DNA of 64,000 bases. Origin: Octopus vulgaris (Eukaryota). A program made the position numbers and the translations under genes. Shown here one piece after another: positions 1 to 13,540 of this stretch. Within the stretch, counting starts at the first letter, position 1. Each line of letters begins with the position of its first letter. The notes below the pieces were generated by a model. That model saw only the letters and a list, made by a program, of their open reading frames with translations, was not told the origin of the DNA and ran no database searches. The stretch lies in assembly GCA_951406725.2 (NCBI GenBank), contig OX597819.1, forward strand, positions 126,294,001-126,358,000, in the 5' to 3' direction.

Positions 1-95
1 AGCCGCGTGGAGCTTAGGTGTTTCGCTCATAAACTCACACATCGTCCGGTCTGAGACGAGTCCGCTGCTCTAACCACTAGGCCATGTGCCTCCAC
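1..95 (-). mobile_element. SINE-A (tRNA-derived head), cut by window edge
   Basis: Reverse complement begins GTGGAGGCACATGGCCTAGTGGTTAGAGCAGCGGACTCG; matches the copies at 3381 and 23632. Confidence 0.85.
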
Positions 96-2402
96 TATAG
101 TAGTTTTGAAAAACATCAAAATAAAAATAGCAAGAAGGGTAGTCACAACAATTTGAAAGAAATGATAAAAGAAAAAAAAACAAGATGGTGCATCATTGAA
201 CATAGGTCTGTTTGATCAGACCTGTGATCAATACTGTTCAAGCAGTGACCTGAGGTTACACAACAACAGCAACCTGTTAATCATAAAACCCTGTATTACA
301 TTCCAGAGCAGATTTTGAATTATCTGTTAATATCTTTGTATACTTGGTCAGTAATCTATGTTGTTGTCTAACTTACAAAGGGAAAATCCTGTCCACTCAT
401 CTATGTAGCGGCCAGCAATTAAAATTCAAAAGCTTATTTAGATAATTTTGTATGAAATTCAGTAAACTTAGCCACTGTTGTGATTTTTTTTTAGTCCAAG
501 ATCATTCCTGACTCAGCATTTCTATGTTTAAAATCGTTCAAACCGTGGCCACCACGTCTACTTTTCGAGCATAGTGTGTTTAGGGTTATATTATCCAACG
601 TGTTCTTTCTTAAGACTATTGGATGAGCTTGAACGTTTAACTGCCAAGGTGGAGTTGTACGTAGTCAGTAGAGACTCACTTGCGAATCAGGTAGAGAAGA
701 TCTACGAGAAAACCTCTGATTACTGCGGGGAAGACTCTATTCGATACTCTATGAGTACTTGCTCAAATTACTAAATATAAGCAACATTTTATGTAGGTGA
801 TTGTTAAAGTGACTGCAACCAAATTCCCTTCGAATCGTTAGCACTACTCAAATACTGGGGTCGATATAATCAACTTTTCACCTCTTAAATATTTCTGGCC
901 TATGTTAGAATTATTGTTATTAACTATTATTTTTTTCTTATTTTACTTTCCATACAGAATTCGTTTTATCTATTTCGGTTACATTTTATTGTCTAATTGC
1001 GGTATATACATCTAATTTCATCGCTAAATGATAGCACAAACAACATCCTCTCCAATCCCGGTATTCTGTAGTCCTGAGGGAGTTCTTTTATTATCGTAGG
1101 TAGGAAAGCACTTGACTAATACGCAGATGAGTTTTCCAATAAATTGCTCATCAAAGCACCGATCTCAATTCAGAAAGGGGACACAGGCTTTTCACACCAT
1201 TCCACCTTCCCTTCCTTTTATCCCAAATCAAATTATGCTGTTAGTAAATTGTGGTGCTAAAGGAAGGGAGTCAGATTAGAAATTCCATCTAGTTAATCTT
1301 CATGTCAATTTACTGTATCTGATATCATCTTAAAAGCGTAATAACTCTAGAAGTTCGGTCTATCTGTAGTAACATTGCTATCAGAGCATGAACGATACCT
1401 GCCCAGTGACTCTCATTAACAAGTGTATACATATGCTCATAGGTACACAGACACACGGACGCATGATTACAAGCACACATCAAAACAATACAGAAAAGAG
1501 TGCGTGGACATGTTTGTATGTGTGTGCTTGCGTGTATTTACGTGTGTACATCACTTTCTCTCGTTGTATGTGTATACACATACATGCATATAAACGTGTG
1601 TGTGTGCGAGTATGTGTCTTTGTGTGTGTATGCATATTTATTCGTATATACACGCATACTCACATACGCACATACACACACATACGTACATCTTTCCACA
1701 AAAGCATGTATATGCAAGGCCACAGTTAACGTTGAACTGTAAATTAAAAGTTGAGAGACTCACCGGAGACAGCATCAATATATATATATGTATATATATG
1801 TGTATATATATATGTATAGACAAATGTCAAAGCGTGTTTGTAGGCGGATTGTGAAACTCATCCTCCTTCCGTCTTTCTTTCTTTCTTTCTTTCTTTCTTT
1901 GTCTCTCTTACTCCCTGATAATCTCTTAACAAAACTTCTTTTGGTACTTGTATTCGAAAGGACTGTCTGTGGCCAAAATACCCTGTGAGAACCAACTTTG
2001 TTATCTGTCTGCCTGCCTGCCTGCCTACCTGCCTCCCTATCTGTCCGTCCGTCCGTCTGTCTGTCTGTCTGGCTGGCTGTCTGTCTGTCTATCTATCTAT
2101 CTCCCTAGTCATATATGCATGTGTGCATGTACATAAACACTTAAATACTTAGATACATACGTACGTACGTACGTACGTGACTACACACTCACACACACAC
2201 ACGCACACACTCACACACACACACACACACATACACAATTCCTTTTTCGAGCCTTGGCTCTCGAGGCACATCAAATAAAGCTATAATAGAGCATAAATAT
2301 GGTCATGGAAAACTCTTTTGGATAGAAAAATTCGAAGGCTGTCTTTACGTCAAGAATACATACATAAATACATACATACATATATACAAACATACATATG
2401 CA

Positions 2403-2703
2403 TATCACCGTACCCGACCAGGCTATCAGATGTTGCTGCACATCGCTGGTCACAATGCGCTTCGCATTGTTTTAGCCTTCAAATGACACCACCCCGCTGG
2501 CTAAGTGAACAGGCCAACAGAAAAAAAAGTGAAAGTTGCGGCGAAAGAGTACAGCAGGGTTCACCACCATCCCTGCTGGAACATCGTGGAGCTTTAGGTG
2601 TTTTCGCTCGATAAACACTCACTACGCATGGTCCGGGAATCGAAACCGCGATCCTACGTCTGCGAGTCCGCTTGCCCTAACCAATGGGCCATTGCGCCTC
2701 CAC
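2403..2703 (-). mobile_element. SINE-A head + tail type 3
   Basis: tRNA-like head with A/B boxes (TGGCCCATTGG; GTTTCGATTCC); 3' part homologous to 62887-63010 and 24457-24575. Confidence 0.85.
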
Positions 2704-2921
2704 ACATATGCATATATGCCTGTATTTCTCCGAAGCCGAACCTACCTGCTGACGCTCCTCCATGTTTTCATCAATGATCTTCAAATCAACTGTAGAGAAC
2801 GGAAAATGCAAACCCAGTCATACTGGTGTCGCAGGTTCGAATAAATGACTCAGATTTACTAGACCTGTTGGGTAGCTTTTCTCCCTACGGCTGGTAAACC
2901 CAGACGTGTTTATGTGTGTCC

Positions 2922-2953
<32 letters not shown>

Positions 2954-3380
2954 CTGCCCGCTTATGTATGTTTACACACACACGCGCACACGCACGTAAT
3001 CTCCCTAAATTTTTCCATCAACAACCACGATGGTGTTGGCACTGCTGTACAACGCAACTTTCAGCGATTCCCTTTCATTCATTATGGAATAATTTCTTCC
3101 TCAGCAGTGAAATACGAAGATACTTTCTTTTTGATTGCATGCAATTAACGCATTTAAGACCTACCACTATTTTGATAAAGAAATCTGTTCTAAAAGCTCT
3201 ATGCAGTATGGACCAAATGAAAGAAACTCTGTGATTGATCTGCCAAAATAGCAGTCAAACCACTAACGTTTAAAAATAATAACATGTTAGATAACATATT
3301 TTAGATACATAATTCTCCACTTCTCTCTCTCTCTCTCTATCTCTCTCTCCCTCTCTCCCTTTTATTGCCACATTTGTACT

Positions 3381-3683
3381 TCTTGTTCCTTCTCGAATCA
3401 TGCCTGTCTCATAATGGCCGGTTTCCCGGTTTCCTTGGCGTATAGGTTCCCCACCATAACGGGACGCCGGTCCGTCGCAGGTGAGATGCAAGATGCAGGA
3501 GGAGTGAGTGAGAGAATGTTGTGGCGAAAGAGTCAGCAGAAGTTTCGCCATTACCTTCTGCCGGAGCCGCGTGGAGCTTAGGTGTTTCGCTCATAAACAT
3601 ACACATCGCCCGGTCTGAGATTCGAGCCCGCGATCCCCCGACCGCGAGTCCGCTGCTCTAACCACTTGGCCATGTGCTTCCAC
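3381..3683 (-). mobile_element. SINE-A-related head + tail type 4
   Basis: Collinear with 23632-23945; A box TGGCCAAGTGG, B-box-like GGCTCGAATCT. Confidence 0.85.
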
Positions 3684-4687
3684 ACATTTGTACAGATATG
3701 CGCATATACATTCCCGTTTATGAATTCAGTGATGATATTATTCACGGTTAAGTTTTAACTCAAAGCAACTAAACTAACAGAAACTAAAATAAACGTCTCG
3801 CAAGCCTTTCGTCTTTTATTATTTAGTGGTATTCAAGGTATTCCAGCAAATATGTATATCTCGAAGATGTTATCAACAATGCTAGTTCAAGGCCGGTTAA
3901 AATAACCTGTGGTGTCAGTATCTTTCCATGAAAACTCTACCGCAGTATCATATGTCCTGTTCAAACAGAGAGAACTATTTATTGCTCCACTCTTACAAAA
4001 GGTATCGTTCACAATAATATCCGATATCTCTTTGCGCTTAGAGCTCGGCCTCTACTAAACGTGTTTTTAGTACAAATCTTACATATTTTTTATTCGTTCA
4101 CTTCTTACTAATTTCCATCCACGCAAAGTATTTGACTATTGTTGGTTTGATTAATATGCTTAGTTGGTGCAAGTGAGAAACAGAAGTATGATTCAAAGAC
4201 TGAATTATATTCTAAGCTCTTGCTTAGATTTATATTTCCCACCCTAATTACGATAATGTAATCAGAGAAAACGTTAATAATTTAGGAGATCTACATACAC
4301 CAAAGAGGACGAAATAACAGTGAGGATTTAGGTACTGGACGAAGAGTTCACTCTCTAAGCTTAAATTTGCTGAAGCTTTTTAGATGTGTTTCTGGGTATC
4401 ACATTTTATTTTTGGACATTGGAACGAGCACGAGATTTTTAATATACATTACCTTTGATAGACTGGTGTCCTTACCGAAGGAAGGATTTAGCTTTCATGA
4501 TGCTTGATTCTATGGAAAGGTAAATGTTCGTAGATGTTTAGGAAATATTTACTTACGGTAAATGCCATATATTTTAAAGATTTATATTTTATCATCTCCC
4601 ATGTGTGTGTGTGTGTGTGTGTACGTGTACACACACAGATACACACAAGTGTATATATATATATATATATACATACATATATAAATA

Positions 4688-4739
<52 letters not shown>

Positions 4740-4884
4740 CATACATATATACATATGTGTATATATATATATATATACACACTTATGAGATGACATACAT
4801 ATATACAAATGTGTATATATATATACACATGTGTATATATATATATATATACATACATATATACATATGTGTATATGTGTATAC

Positions 4885-4932
<48 letters not shown>

Positions 4933-4989
4933 TTGTGAGATGACATACATATATACATATGTATATATATATATATATGACAGCAATGT

Positions 4990-5278
4990 TCCGGGCTGAC
5001 CAAAGCCTCATGAGTGGATTTGGTAGACGGAAACTGAAAGAAGCCCATCGTGTATATATATACACGATGTATATATTTGTAGGTGTGTGAGTGTGTGTCT
5101 CTGTGTTTGTTTGGCAACTGATGTTGGTGTGTTTACGTCGCCGTAACTTAGCAGTTCGGCAAAAGACACCGATAGAATAAGTACTAGGATTATAAAGAAT
5201 TAGACCCAGGGTCGATTTCTTCGACTAAAGGCGGTGCTCCAGCATGGCCGTAGTCAGATGACCCAAAAGAAGAAAAGG
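4990..5278 (+). mobile_element. SINE-C, 5'-truncated
   Basis: GTGGATTTGGTAGACGGAAACTGAAAGAAGCCC...GGCGGTGCTCCAGCATGGCC, collinear with 41961-42358. Confidence 0.85.
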
Positions 5279-5544
5279 ATATATATATATATACTAATTT
5301 CTAATTAGTATATATATTCTGTAAATTCGCTAGCAAAGGTGAGGGCTTTATCGATCAGTTCCTTACAGATAGAAGCATAGAAATCTACAATATGAAATTG
5401 TGTAAATCTCGCTTTATTTTTATTCTTAATGGCTTTAAACCAGTCAAAGACTTCTATACTATTAGACCATTGTACTAATCTAGTAGCATTTCTGACGTTA
5501 GCATTGATTTTTCCGAAAATTTCTTTGCTAATTATACCAATTTC

Positions 5545-6128
5545 TGAGAACGCAGAGTAAGTTAAGACAACCGACACAGAGGGTACCTTCGATGTGAGCA
5601 TCGGATCATATGATGGAACAGGCATATGCGATCTCATTGGACTATTCCTACTTTACTCTTCGGTGAGAACGCAGAGTAAGTTAAGACAACCGACACAGAG
5701 GGTACCTTCGATGTGAGCATCGGATCATATGATGGAACAGGCATATGCGATCTCATTGGACTATTCCTACTTTACTCTTCGGTGAGAACGCAGAGTAAGT
5801 TAAGACAACCGACACAGAGGGTACCTTCGATGTGAGCATCGGATCATATGATGGAACAGGCATATGCGATCTCATTGGACTATTCCTACTTTACTCTTCG
5901 GTGAGAACGCAGAGTAAGTTAAGACAACCGACACAGAGGGTACCTTCGATGTGAGCATCGGATCATATGATGGAACAGGCATATGCGATCTCATTGGACT
6001 ATTCCTACTTTACTCTTCGGTGAGAACGCAGAGTAAGTTAAGACAACCGACACAGAGGGTACCTTCGATGTGACCATCGGATCATATGATGGAACAGGCA
6101 TATGCGATCTCATTGGACTATTCCTACT
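5545..6128 (+). repeat. 119-bp tandem repeat, ~4.9 near-identical copies
   Basis: Unit starts TGAGAACGCAGAG at 5545, 5664, 5783, 5902, 6021. Confidence 0.97.
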
Positions 6129-6178
6129 CGATACGTTGGGTAAAACTTTGGGTAAAACGTTTTTTTTTTTCATAACGT

Positions 6179-6254
6179 TTTGTCTTAGTAACTGATGAGA
6201 TGCTGGAGCAGACCTCAGCCCCGGTATCCGAAACTCTGAGGTCTATTATGACAA
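6179..6254 (+). ncRNA. Type-I hammerhead ribozyme motif (PLE-type), slightly degenerate
   Basis: ttgtc-t-tagta-a CTGATGA gatgctgg..ccggtatc-c GAAAC tctgag GTC tatta-t-gacaa; stems I and II can pair. Confidence 0.6.
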
Positions 6255-6370
6255 CCAACTAATTGTCACATAATATTTATATATAAATTTCTCTATTTTG
6301 CATATCCAGGCCTCATTCATTCTTTTGTTATCATATTACTATGAATATATATATATATATACGTTTGTAC

Positions 6371-6403
<33 letters not shown>

Positions 6404-6555
6404 GTTTGTACATTAATTATATATATATATATATACTTATACGCATACACATATATGCACATGTTTATGTACTCATCCAATATGGAAGGTCGATGATATT
6501 TTATGAAATACCGTGGCCCCAGAACAGTTATACACCTTACAATTTATTTATACTC

Positions 6556-7105
6556 TATGATGGTCGGCTGAAAAGTCCACAAGCTAATTAAGATACTCTC
6601 ATGGAATGTAACCAAATAAGCTTTGTTTTACACCATAGTCCTCGTGTGGTCCACACACTTCTTCCGTCGGTGCTGCAGTGTTTGGATTCCATTGGTGAAG
6701 TTTTTATCCTGCTGCTTAACAAAAAGTCAACAGCAACAGATATGACATCATCGTCACTGCGATACTTTTTCTCAGCCAAGTGTATTTTCATAATAGACAG
6801 ATGGTGTCAAATCAAGAGAGTGATCAACCAATTTCAAGACACAGTCACGAACAGCAGCCATTAAAACCAACTACTTGTGTACTGGTTCATTGTCCTCATG
6901 AAACAAAACTCTTTTCGTCAGTTTTCCCAGGCGTTTGGTCTTGATAACCTTTCGTAATTGCCTCAGTAAATTGACATAGTACTCTCAACTGATGTTGTGG
7001 CCCCTCTGAAGATAGTTAATAACCACAATACCTTTTGCGTTCTCAAAAACTGAGGTCATCATCTTCCCTGCAGATGAAGCGATCTTGGCCTTCTCTTAAG
7101 AAGGC
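6556..7105 (-). mobile_element. Mariner transposase pseudogene, 3' half
   Basis: Frameshifted SSAGKMMTSVF..YYVNLLRQLRK..LFHEDNEPVH..DLTPS and KIHLAEKKYRSDDDVIS; same family as 26717-27370. Confidence 0.85.
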
Positions 7106-7674
7106 CTGGGTGTTTCTACTGTATTTCTCGTCTGCGTCTATGTCAATAAGTGCGTCAGAGATGACCTTTTGTCCACTGTCTGGGGCTTTCTCCTATAAAC
7201 ATTTTCTGTATGAAAAAGAAGTCCATTGGTAATAAGTCCAGTGGACGTGGTGGTCATTCGATGTTGCCACATCACCCGATCCAATGTTGTGGGAAGGGTC
7301 TGTTTAGGTAGTCTCTTACTTCTTAAGTATTATGAGGAAGTGTCTCATCTTGTTGGAAGAACAGTTCTGTGAAGTTAGTTCTGGTTCTGAATTGTGCTAC
7401 TATCATTTTACGTAACATCTTTAGGTAATTGTTACCCTCTACAGTTCCATCAAAGAAAACTTGCCTTATAACACCTTCACTGAGCAGTACACCCCACACT
7501 GTAACTCCTGACTGGTTTCAGTTAAGAGGTGATAGTCAAATAAGGATCTTCATTTGCCCAGTACACACCGAATGGCCCGACAACTTGAACGTAGCCTCAT
7601 CCACCCACATGGTCTTATGAATAAACTCTGGTTTGTTAGATTTTGGTCACACATTATTTCACAGAATTGCAACC

Positions 7675-7925
7675 GACGGCGAGCTGGCAAAGGCGGCAAG
7701 CTGGCAGAATCGTTAGCACGCCGGGCGAAATGCGTAGCCGTATTTCTACTGCCGCTACGTTCTGAGTTCAAATTCCGCCGAAGTCGACTTTGCCTTTCAT
7801 CCTTTCGGGGTCGATTAAATAAGTACCAGTTACGCACTGGGGTCGATATAATCGACTTAATCCGTTTGTCTGTCCTTGTTTGTCCTCTCTGTGTTTAGCC
7901 CTTTGTGGGTAGTAAAGAAATAGGT
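7675..7925 (+). mobile_element. SINE-B monomer with duplicated 5' tip
   Basis: GGCGGCAAGCTGGCAGAATCGTTAGCAC..GAGTTCAAATTCC..GCCTTTCATCCTTTCGGGGTCGAT..AAAGAAATAGG. Confidence 0.9.
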
Positions 7926-8177
7926 TTGGGTTGTCCTCCAGAAGACTGTGTAACACATGTGGACAGTTCGGTTCCAATTTCAATTCATGCATTAAACGGT
8001 GCAAACATGTTCTCGATATGAACAGCTCCAGGGGCGCGTATCCATTTTCTAACAGTTCACAAACGACATAGCGACTTCATCTCACCTTTTTTGAGCCAAA
8101 GACGTCCTTCGACATCCAAATTTTGTGGTGCACTAACCACTGAATCTATCTCTTATACGATAAATTGTTAAAAGTAA

Positions 8178-8389
8178 GGCGGCAGGCTAGCAGAAACGTT
8201 AGCACACCGGGCGAAATGCATAGCCGTATTTCATCTACCGTTACGTTCTGAGTTCAAATTCCGCCGAGGTCGACTTTGCCTTTCATCCTTTCGGGGTCGA
8301 TTAAATAAATACCAGTTACGCACTGGGGTAAATGTAATCGACTTAATCCCTTTGTCTGTCCTTGTTTGTCCCCTCTATGTTTAGCCCCA
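8178..8389 (+). mobile_element. SINE-B monomer, 3'-shortened
   Basis: Same family as 7675; flanked by direct repeat GATAAATTGT (probable TSD). Confidence 0.9.
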
Positions 8390-8768
8390 GATAAATTGTC
8401 AAACGTGTTGGTGAAAGAGTGTTAAATGCTTACATCCACGTTATGCGTATCTACTCGGTATTTTTACTCTTCCAGTTCTTACTTTAGAATGCACTTTTCT
8501 TGTTCTTGACTCAAATTATTGGTCATCATTTACTTGCAAAGAGGAAAAGAAGTAATTAAAAAATGCCTCTGTATAAATTAATAATAAATAAAACAAATAA
8601 AACTGTGTTCTGGACAGGTTTGAGGAATGTCGCGCAGTCGGTGGAAGCCAGGTTGAGGATTTACAGAATGAAACACACTAAAATATTAATAAATTGTATT
8701 AGGTGTTTACTTACTTTAGAGCTACCCTGTATATAGACATACATATATACATACGCACGAACGTGCGT

Positions 8769-8823
<55 letters not shown>

Positions 8824-8977
8824 CACACACACACACACAAAACACACTCATGCATAGTATATATGCGTGTGTTTCTGTTTACGTGGCTATTCAGTATGCG
8901 ATAGCGAGGATCGTGAAATATAATAAATGAAGACGGAATTTTTTTAAATGGAGAAAACGAATTAAGAATGACTATAG

Positions 8978-9043
8978 CATCATCATCATCATCATCATCC
9001 CCACCACCACCACCACCACCACTACCACCACCATCATCATCAC

Positions 9044-9084
<41 letters not shown>

Positions 9085-9100
9085 CCACCACCACCACCAG

Positions 9101-9166
<66 letters not shown>

Positions 9167-9262
9167 CATCATCATCATCATCATCATGCTCATCATCATG
9201 CTGATCATCACCATCATCATCATGCTCATCATCATCGTGATCATCATCATCATCAACAACAA
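8978..9262. repeat. (CAT)n/(CAC)n compound microsatellite
   Basis: Direct inspection. Confidence 0.97.
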
Positions 9263-9687
9263 TAACACCGAAACGAAAAACAAGACGTAAGCATAAATAT
9301 GAGAGATAATGCTAAGAACAATATTTCAGCAATCAAACGAAACACGGATAACAAATACGATAACAAATAGGAATAAAACAGACAACGAACTTTCGCCCAT
9401 TTTCTCTGTTGCATTTGTTCCAGCGTTGTATTTTAGCATAAGTTTACTTTCGCTTTTAACGCAATCCTCGAATTGAATAAAAGCATATTTTCAAATATTG
9501 ACTTTCGAATTAGAGGCACACCTCATCTGATCGATGTCTTCACACATTGATTTACAGTTGAAAAGGACTGAGATTCCAGTACTTTTAACGTAATCCTCGG
9601 GTGGAATCAGTGCAATATGGTGCGTAGTAGCGCTAGTTCCTTGAACATAGGCATACAAATTCACATGGACAGGCAGGCACACACACG

Positions 9688-9742
<55 letters not shown>

Positions 9743-10134
9743 CACATACAATAGAATGTACATAAACACTCTTAGGCAACACAACACACGCACACTTGAG
9801 AACTAAGGAGATAATGGATGATGTAGTTTCAGATACACTGTTGCAATAATGGATGGAATGGTCATAGCTGGAAGTCCTTTGACTATTGGTTTGCTTTATC
9901 ATTGCTGATCTGGATTAAAACCAAAGAGCAAAACAAAATCTGCCATATTGCATCCTCTGCGAGTCATCCCTGGATGTCTGAGTATTAAGGTCAGTCCTCA
10001 AGGAAGAGACCTGCTAGGTTTTATCTGGGAAGAATGGTCTGTGAAGTTGCGCTTCATCAGTGGGCTGCGTACTTCCGTGACCAACGCAGACCCAGGGCTA
10101 CACAACAACGTCATTACAACACACATGTACACTT

Positions 10135-10590
10135 AAACACACACATACACGCATGCACACACACTCACACACACAAGCCCATACTTTTACACACACACAC
10201 ACACACACACAAGCCCGTACTTTTACACACACAAGCCCGTACTTTTACACACACACACACACACACTCACGCACACACGCACGCACACACACAAGCCCAT
10301 ACTTTTACACACACACACACACACACACACAAGACCGTACTTTTTACACACACACACACAAGCTGTACTTTTACACACACGCACGCACGCACGCCCGCAC
10401 GCACACACACACACACACACACAAGCCCCTACTTTTACACACCCACACACTCACACAAGCCCGTACTCTTACACACACACACACACACAAGCCCGTACTC
10501 TTACACACACACACACACACACAAGCCCGTACTTTATACACACACACACACGCACGCACGCACGCTAGCACGCTCGCACGCTCGCACACA
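10135..10590. repeat. Minisatellite: AAGCCCGTACTTTTAC motif alternating with variable (CA)n
   Basis: About 10 motif copies separated by CA tracts of differing length. Confidence 0.92.
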
Positions 10591-11245
10591 AACGAAAGCT
10601 GACAAAGAAATAAATAAACAGGCAATTGAATAAATTAATCATTGATTAGGCCATCTATACATTTCTTCGTCGTTGGTAATGTTACAAACTATAGACGACA
10701 ATAACGCTGCCACGTCTATTATCACATGCTACAACTGTCCCGCACAATGCTACTAACCACGGCCAACAATAAAAATCAATTCCCATCGGCAGTGAAGGTG
10801 GTTGGACCAGGTGCGTGGCGGAGGGGAAGACAGAAAAAAAAAAAAAGGAAAATAGAAAGAAAGAGGTATATACAATAAGTTCAGAGGTAGATAGAAATAG
10901 AATGTGTGAATGGGGGGAGGGTAGATGTAGGAAAGCGGGAACATTAAACGAACACATGCTCCGTATTGTCGATCCTATGCCGGACTACGACTAAACTTAA
11001 CCAATTCGCGTGACAAAATGTTGTTATCTACTCAGCGCTTTCACTCCGACCGCGCCTGCCCCACCTTTCTCAATCTCTGCCTTACAGACACACACACACA
11101 CACACACACGTAGATGTGTGTATACATGCAGAAGGAGTTCATAAAAAAAAAAAGCATTTTGTATACACATGCATATTTATGTCCATGCGAACATATGTGT
11201 GTGTGAATGCGTGTTTTCTGTGCCTGTGTGTGTGTGTATGCAAGT

Positions 11246-11283
<38 letters not shown>

Positions 11284-11521
11284 TTATATATGTGTGTGTG
11301 TGTGTATGTATGTGTGTATATATATATATGTGTGTATCTGTGTGTGTGTGTGTGTGTGTGTGCGTGTATATATATATATATATATATATACAATCCGGGG
11401 CTCCGAGTGCAGGAAGTTTGTAAGCAACAGGCAGTAAGCGACTGGTATAGAGAACAAAAGTGAATATATATATATATATATAGAAATAGATAGATAGATA
11501 GGTAGATAGATAGATAAATAA

Positions 11522-11592
<71 letters not shown>

Positions 11593-11596
11593 TAGA

Positions 11597-12878
11597 TCGC
11601 AGGCGTGGCTCTGTGGTAAGAAGTTGTGCGGTTGCTTCCCAATAGCTTGGTTCCGGCTTCAGTTCCACTGCCCGGCAACTTGGTCAAGTGTTTTCTACTA
11701 TAGCCTCGGGCCGCCCAGTGCCTTGAGAGTGAATTTGGTAGACGCATACTAAAAGAAGCACGTCGCATATATATATCTTTGATAACTTTGATAGGTTTCG
11801 GCCAGTATAGGCCCAGGCCATATCTAACTTAATAGCACCACCTGGTGAAGTCTTTTAGTCATACATGGCCACCATGGCCCACTCTAGAAAAGAGTTATTA
11901 TTGTTGGAGACATATCCGGGTGTAGGAAATTGGTCCGGGATCTTTTGAAGAAATTTGTCCAGTGAACATTTGAATTTTATGGGATCCGTTTCCGTTTTGA
12001 CTTATTTTGGTATGGTATTAAAGAGAGCTGGACCGGTTGGGGTAAAGTAATTGTGACGTAATGTTGCTATGTGTACCGAGTTCGACTTTTGTAGTGGGCG
12101 TATAGCACTGGGGCCAAGTCTTGGATGGATTTTGTGCAATTTTGATGGAATATTTTCCAAATAACACAAATGATGTAGCGCTTCCGGCGGCGTTGGAGAG
12201 AGTTGAGATAGAGATTTTTTAGTCGATCCCAATAATCAATGGCTCTCAAGCTGTCTATTTTTCTTGTTATTGATCTCTGGAGTGTGATTCGTATGGGGGA
12301 ACCACAATGGACAACAGTATTCATGGTGGGGTCGCGGAAAAGTAGAGTAGAGAAGGATGATGATGTAGGCATCTCTAGATCGGAAAGTTCACATAATCCG
12401 TTTGCACATCTTACGGGTCAAGTCAACCTTGCTGTTTACATGGGAACTCCAGCTTAGATTGTTATCAACAATTACTTCAAGGTCTCTGGTATTGTTGGAT
12501 GACACTTGGTGGTCGCCCGAGGGAAGAGCATATGGTAATTTCAGAGATTCCTCTTTTCCAAAGGGGATCAAATCAAACTTATCTTCATTCAGAGGCGTAT
12601 TGTTTTTCCCGCCCATTAGACAATGGCAAACAGATCTGACTGAAGGCATGTTCGGTCTCCGATGCCGTTTATGGCTTTCTGGAGTTTGGAATTATTTGCA
12701 AAGATTTTCAATGTAGAATGTTTGATGACCTCTACTATGTCGATGATGTAAATAATGAAGAGTGGACCTAACACAGTATCTAGTGGGACACCGCAAATGA
12801 CTTTGGCTGAGCTGGATCGTACTCCCTCAAAGACATGTTGGGTTCTGTTCGTCAGAATATATGTATACATACATACAT

Positions 12879-12951
<73 letters not shown>

Positions 12952-13108
12952 AGTCAGCCGAAATTGCGAGGGTAATCTGGTGCTTGACTAAGGAAAAAGA
13001 CATCGAATGACCCGTCCTTGTTTTCTTTGTATCGTCTATCTGGATGTTTTCTTGTCCCTCGTTGTATCACTCAGCTGTCCGGATGTTTTGTGTTCTTGTC
13101 CCATTTTG

Positions 13109-13178
<70 letters not shown>

Positions 13179-13463
13179 TATACACACACACGCACACACA
13201 CACACACACACACATACACACACACACACTCATATATATATGTACGTACGTATTTATTTATGTGTATCAATGTGTCTGTGTTTGTATCCCCTCCATTACT
13301 TGACAACCGATGTTGGCGTGTTTACGTCTCCATAACTTAGCGGTTCGACAAAAGAGAGCGATAGAATAAGTACTGGGGTTGATTTCTACAACTAAAAGGC
13401 CCTTTAATGCGGTGCTCCACCATGCCCGCAGTCAAATGACTGAAGCAAGTAAGAGAAGAAAAC
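11597..13463 (+). mobile_element. SINE-C split at its internal (TA)n by nested insertions (head 11597-11770; tail ~13270-13463)
   Basis: Head and tail match the two halves of the intact copy at 41961-42358, in the same order and orientation. Confidence 0.7.
11777..12858 (-). mobile_element. CR1-like LINE, 5'-truncated RT pseudogene
   Basis: GVPLDTVLGPLFIIYI..KIFANNSKL..LQSDL; RDLEVIVDNNLSWSSHV; DYWDRLKNLYLNSLQRRRKRY; (ATCAAAGT)-like 3' repeats. Confidence 0.9.
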
Positions 13464-13486
13464 AATGTGCGTGTGTGTATGTGTGT

Positions 13487-13540
<54 letters not shown>

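Larger units (their letters stand above)
5305..6260. mobile_element. Penelope-like element (PLE) remnant: inverted RT fragment (-), RT fragment (+) and hammerhead-bearing terminal part (+)
   Basis: Minus 5305-5544 translates SEIGIISKEI..INANVR..QWSNSIEVFDWF..FTQFHIVDFYASI; plus strand translates FDVSIGSYDGTGICDLIGLFLLD; both are PLE RT motifs. Confidence 0.8.
7110..8729 (-). mobile_element. Decayed Tc3-like (DUF4817-HTH, DDE) Tc1/mariner transposon with two SINE-B insertions
   Basis: Minus translations PTRLTIY, RRLQFCE, WVDEATFKLSG, FFDGTV..YLKML, FFQQDE..HWIG..PPRPLDLLPMDFF; terminus TA-CAGGGTAG near 8729. Confidence 0.75.

Noticed and set aside
574-774. 66-aa ORF
   Set aside because: GTG start, no recognisable domain, lies in decayed repeat-like sequence
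5545-6128. CRISPR-like array
   Set aside because: Units are contiguous and near-identical with no unique spacers; the unit is RT-derived; eukaryotic context with no cas genes
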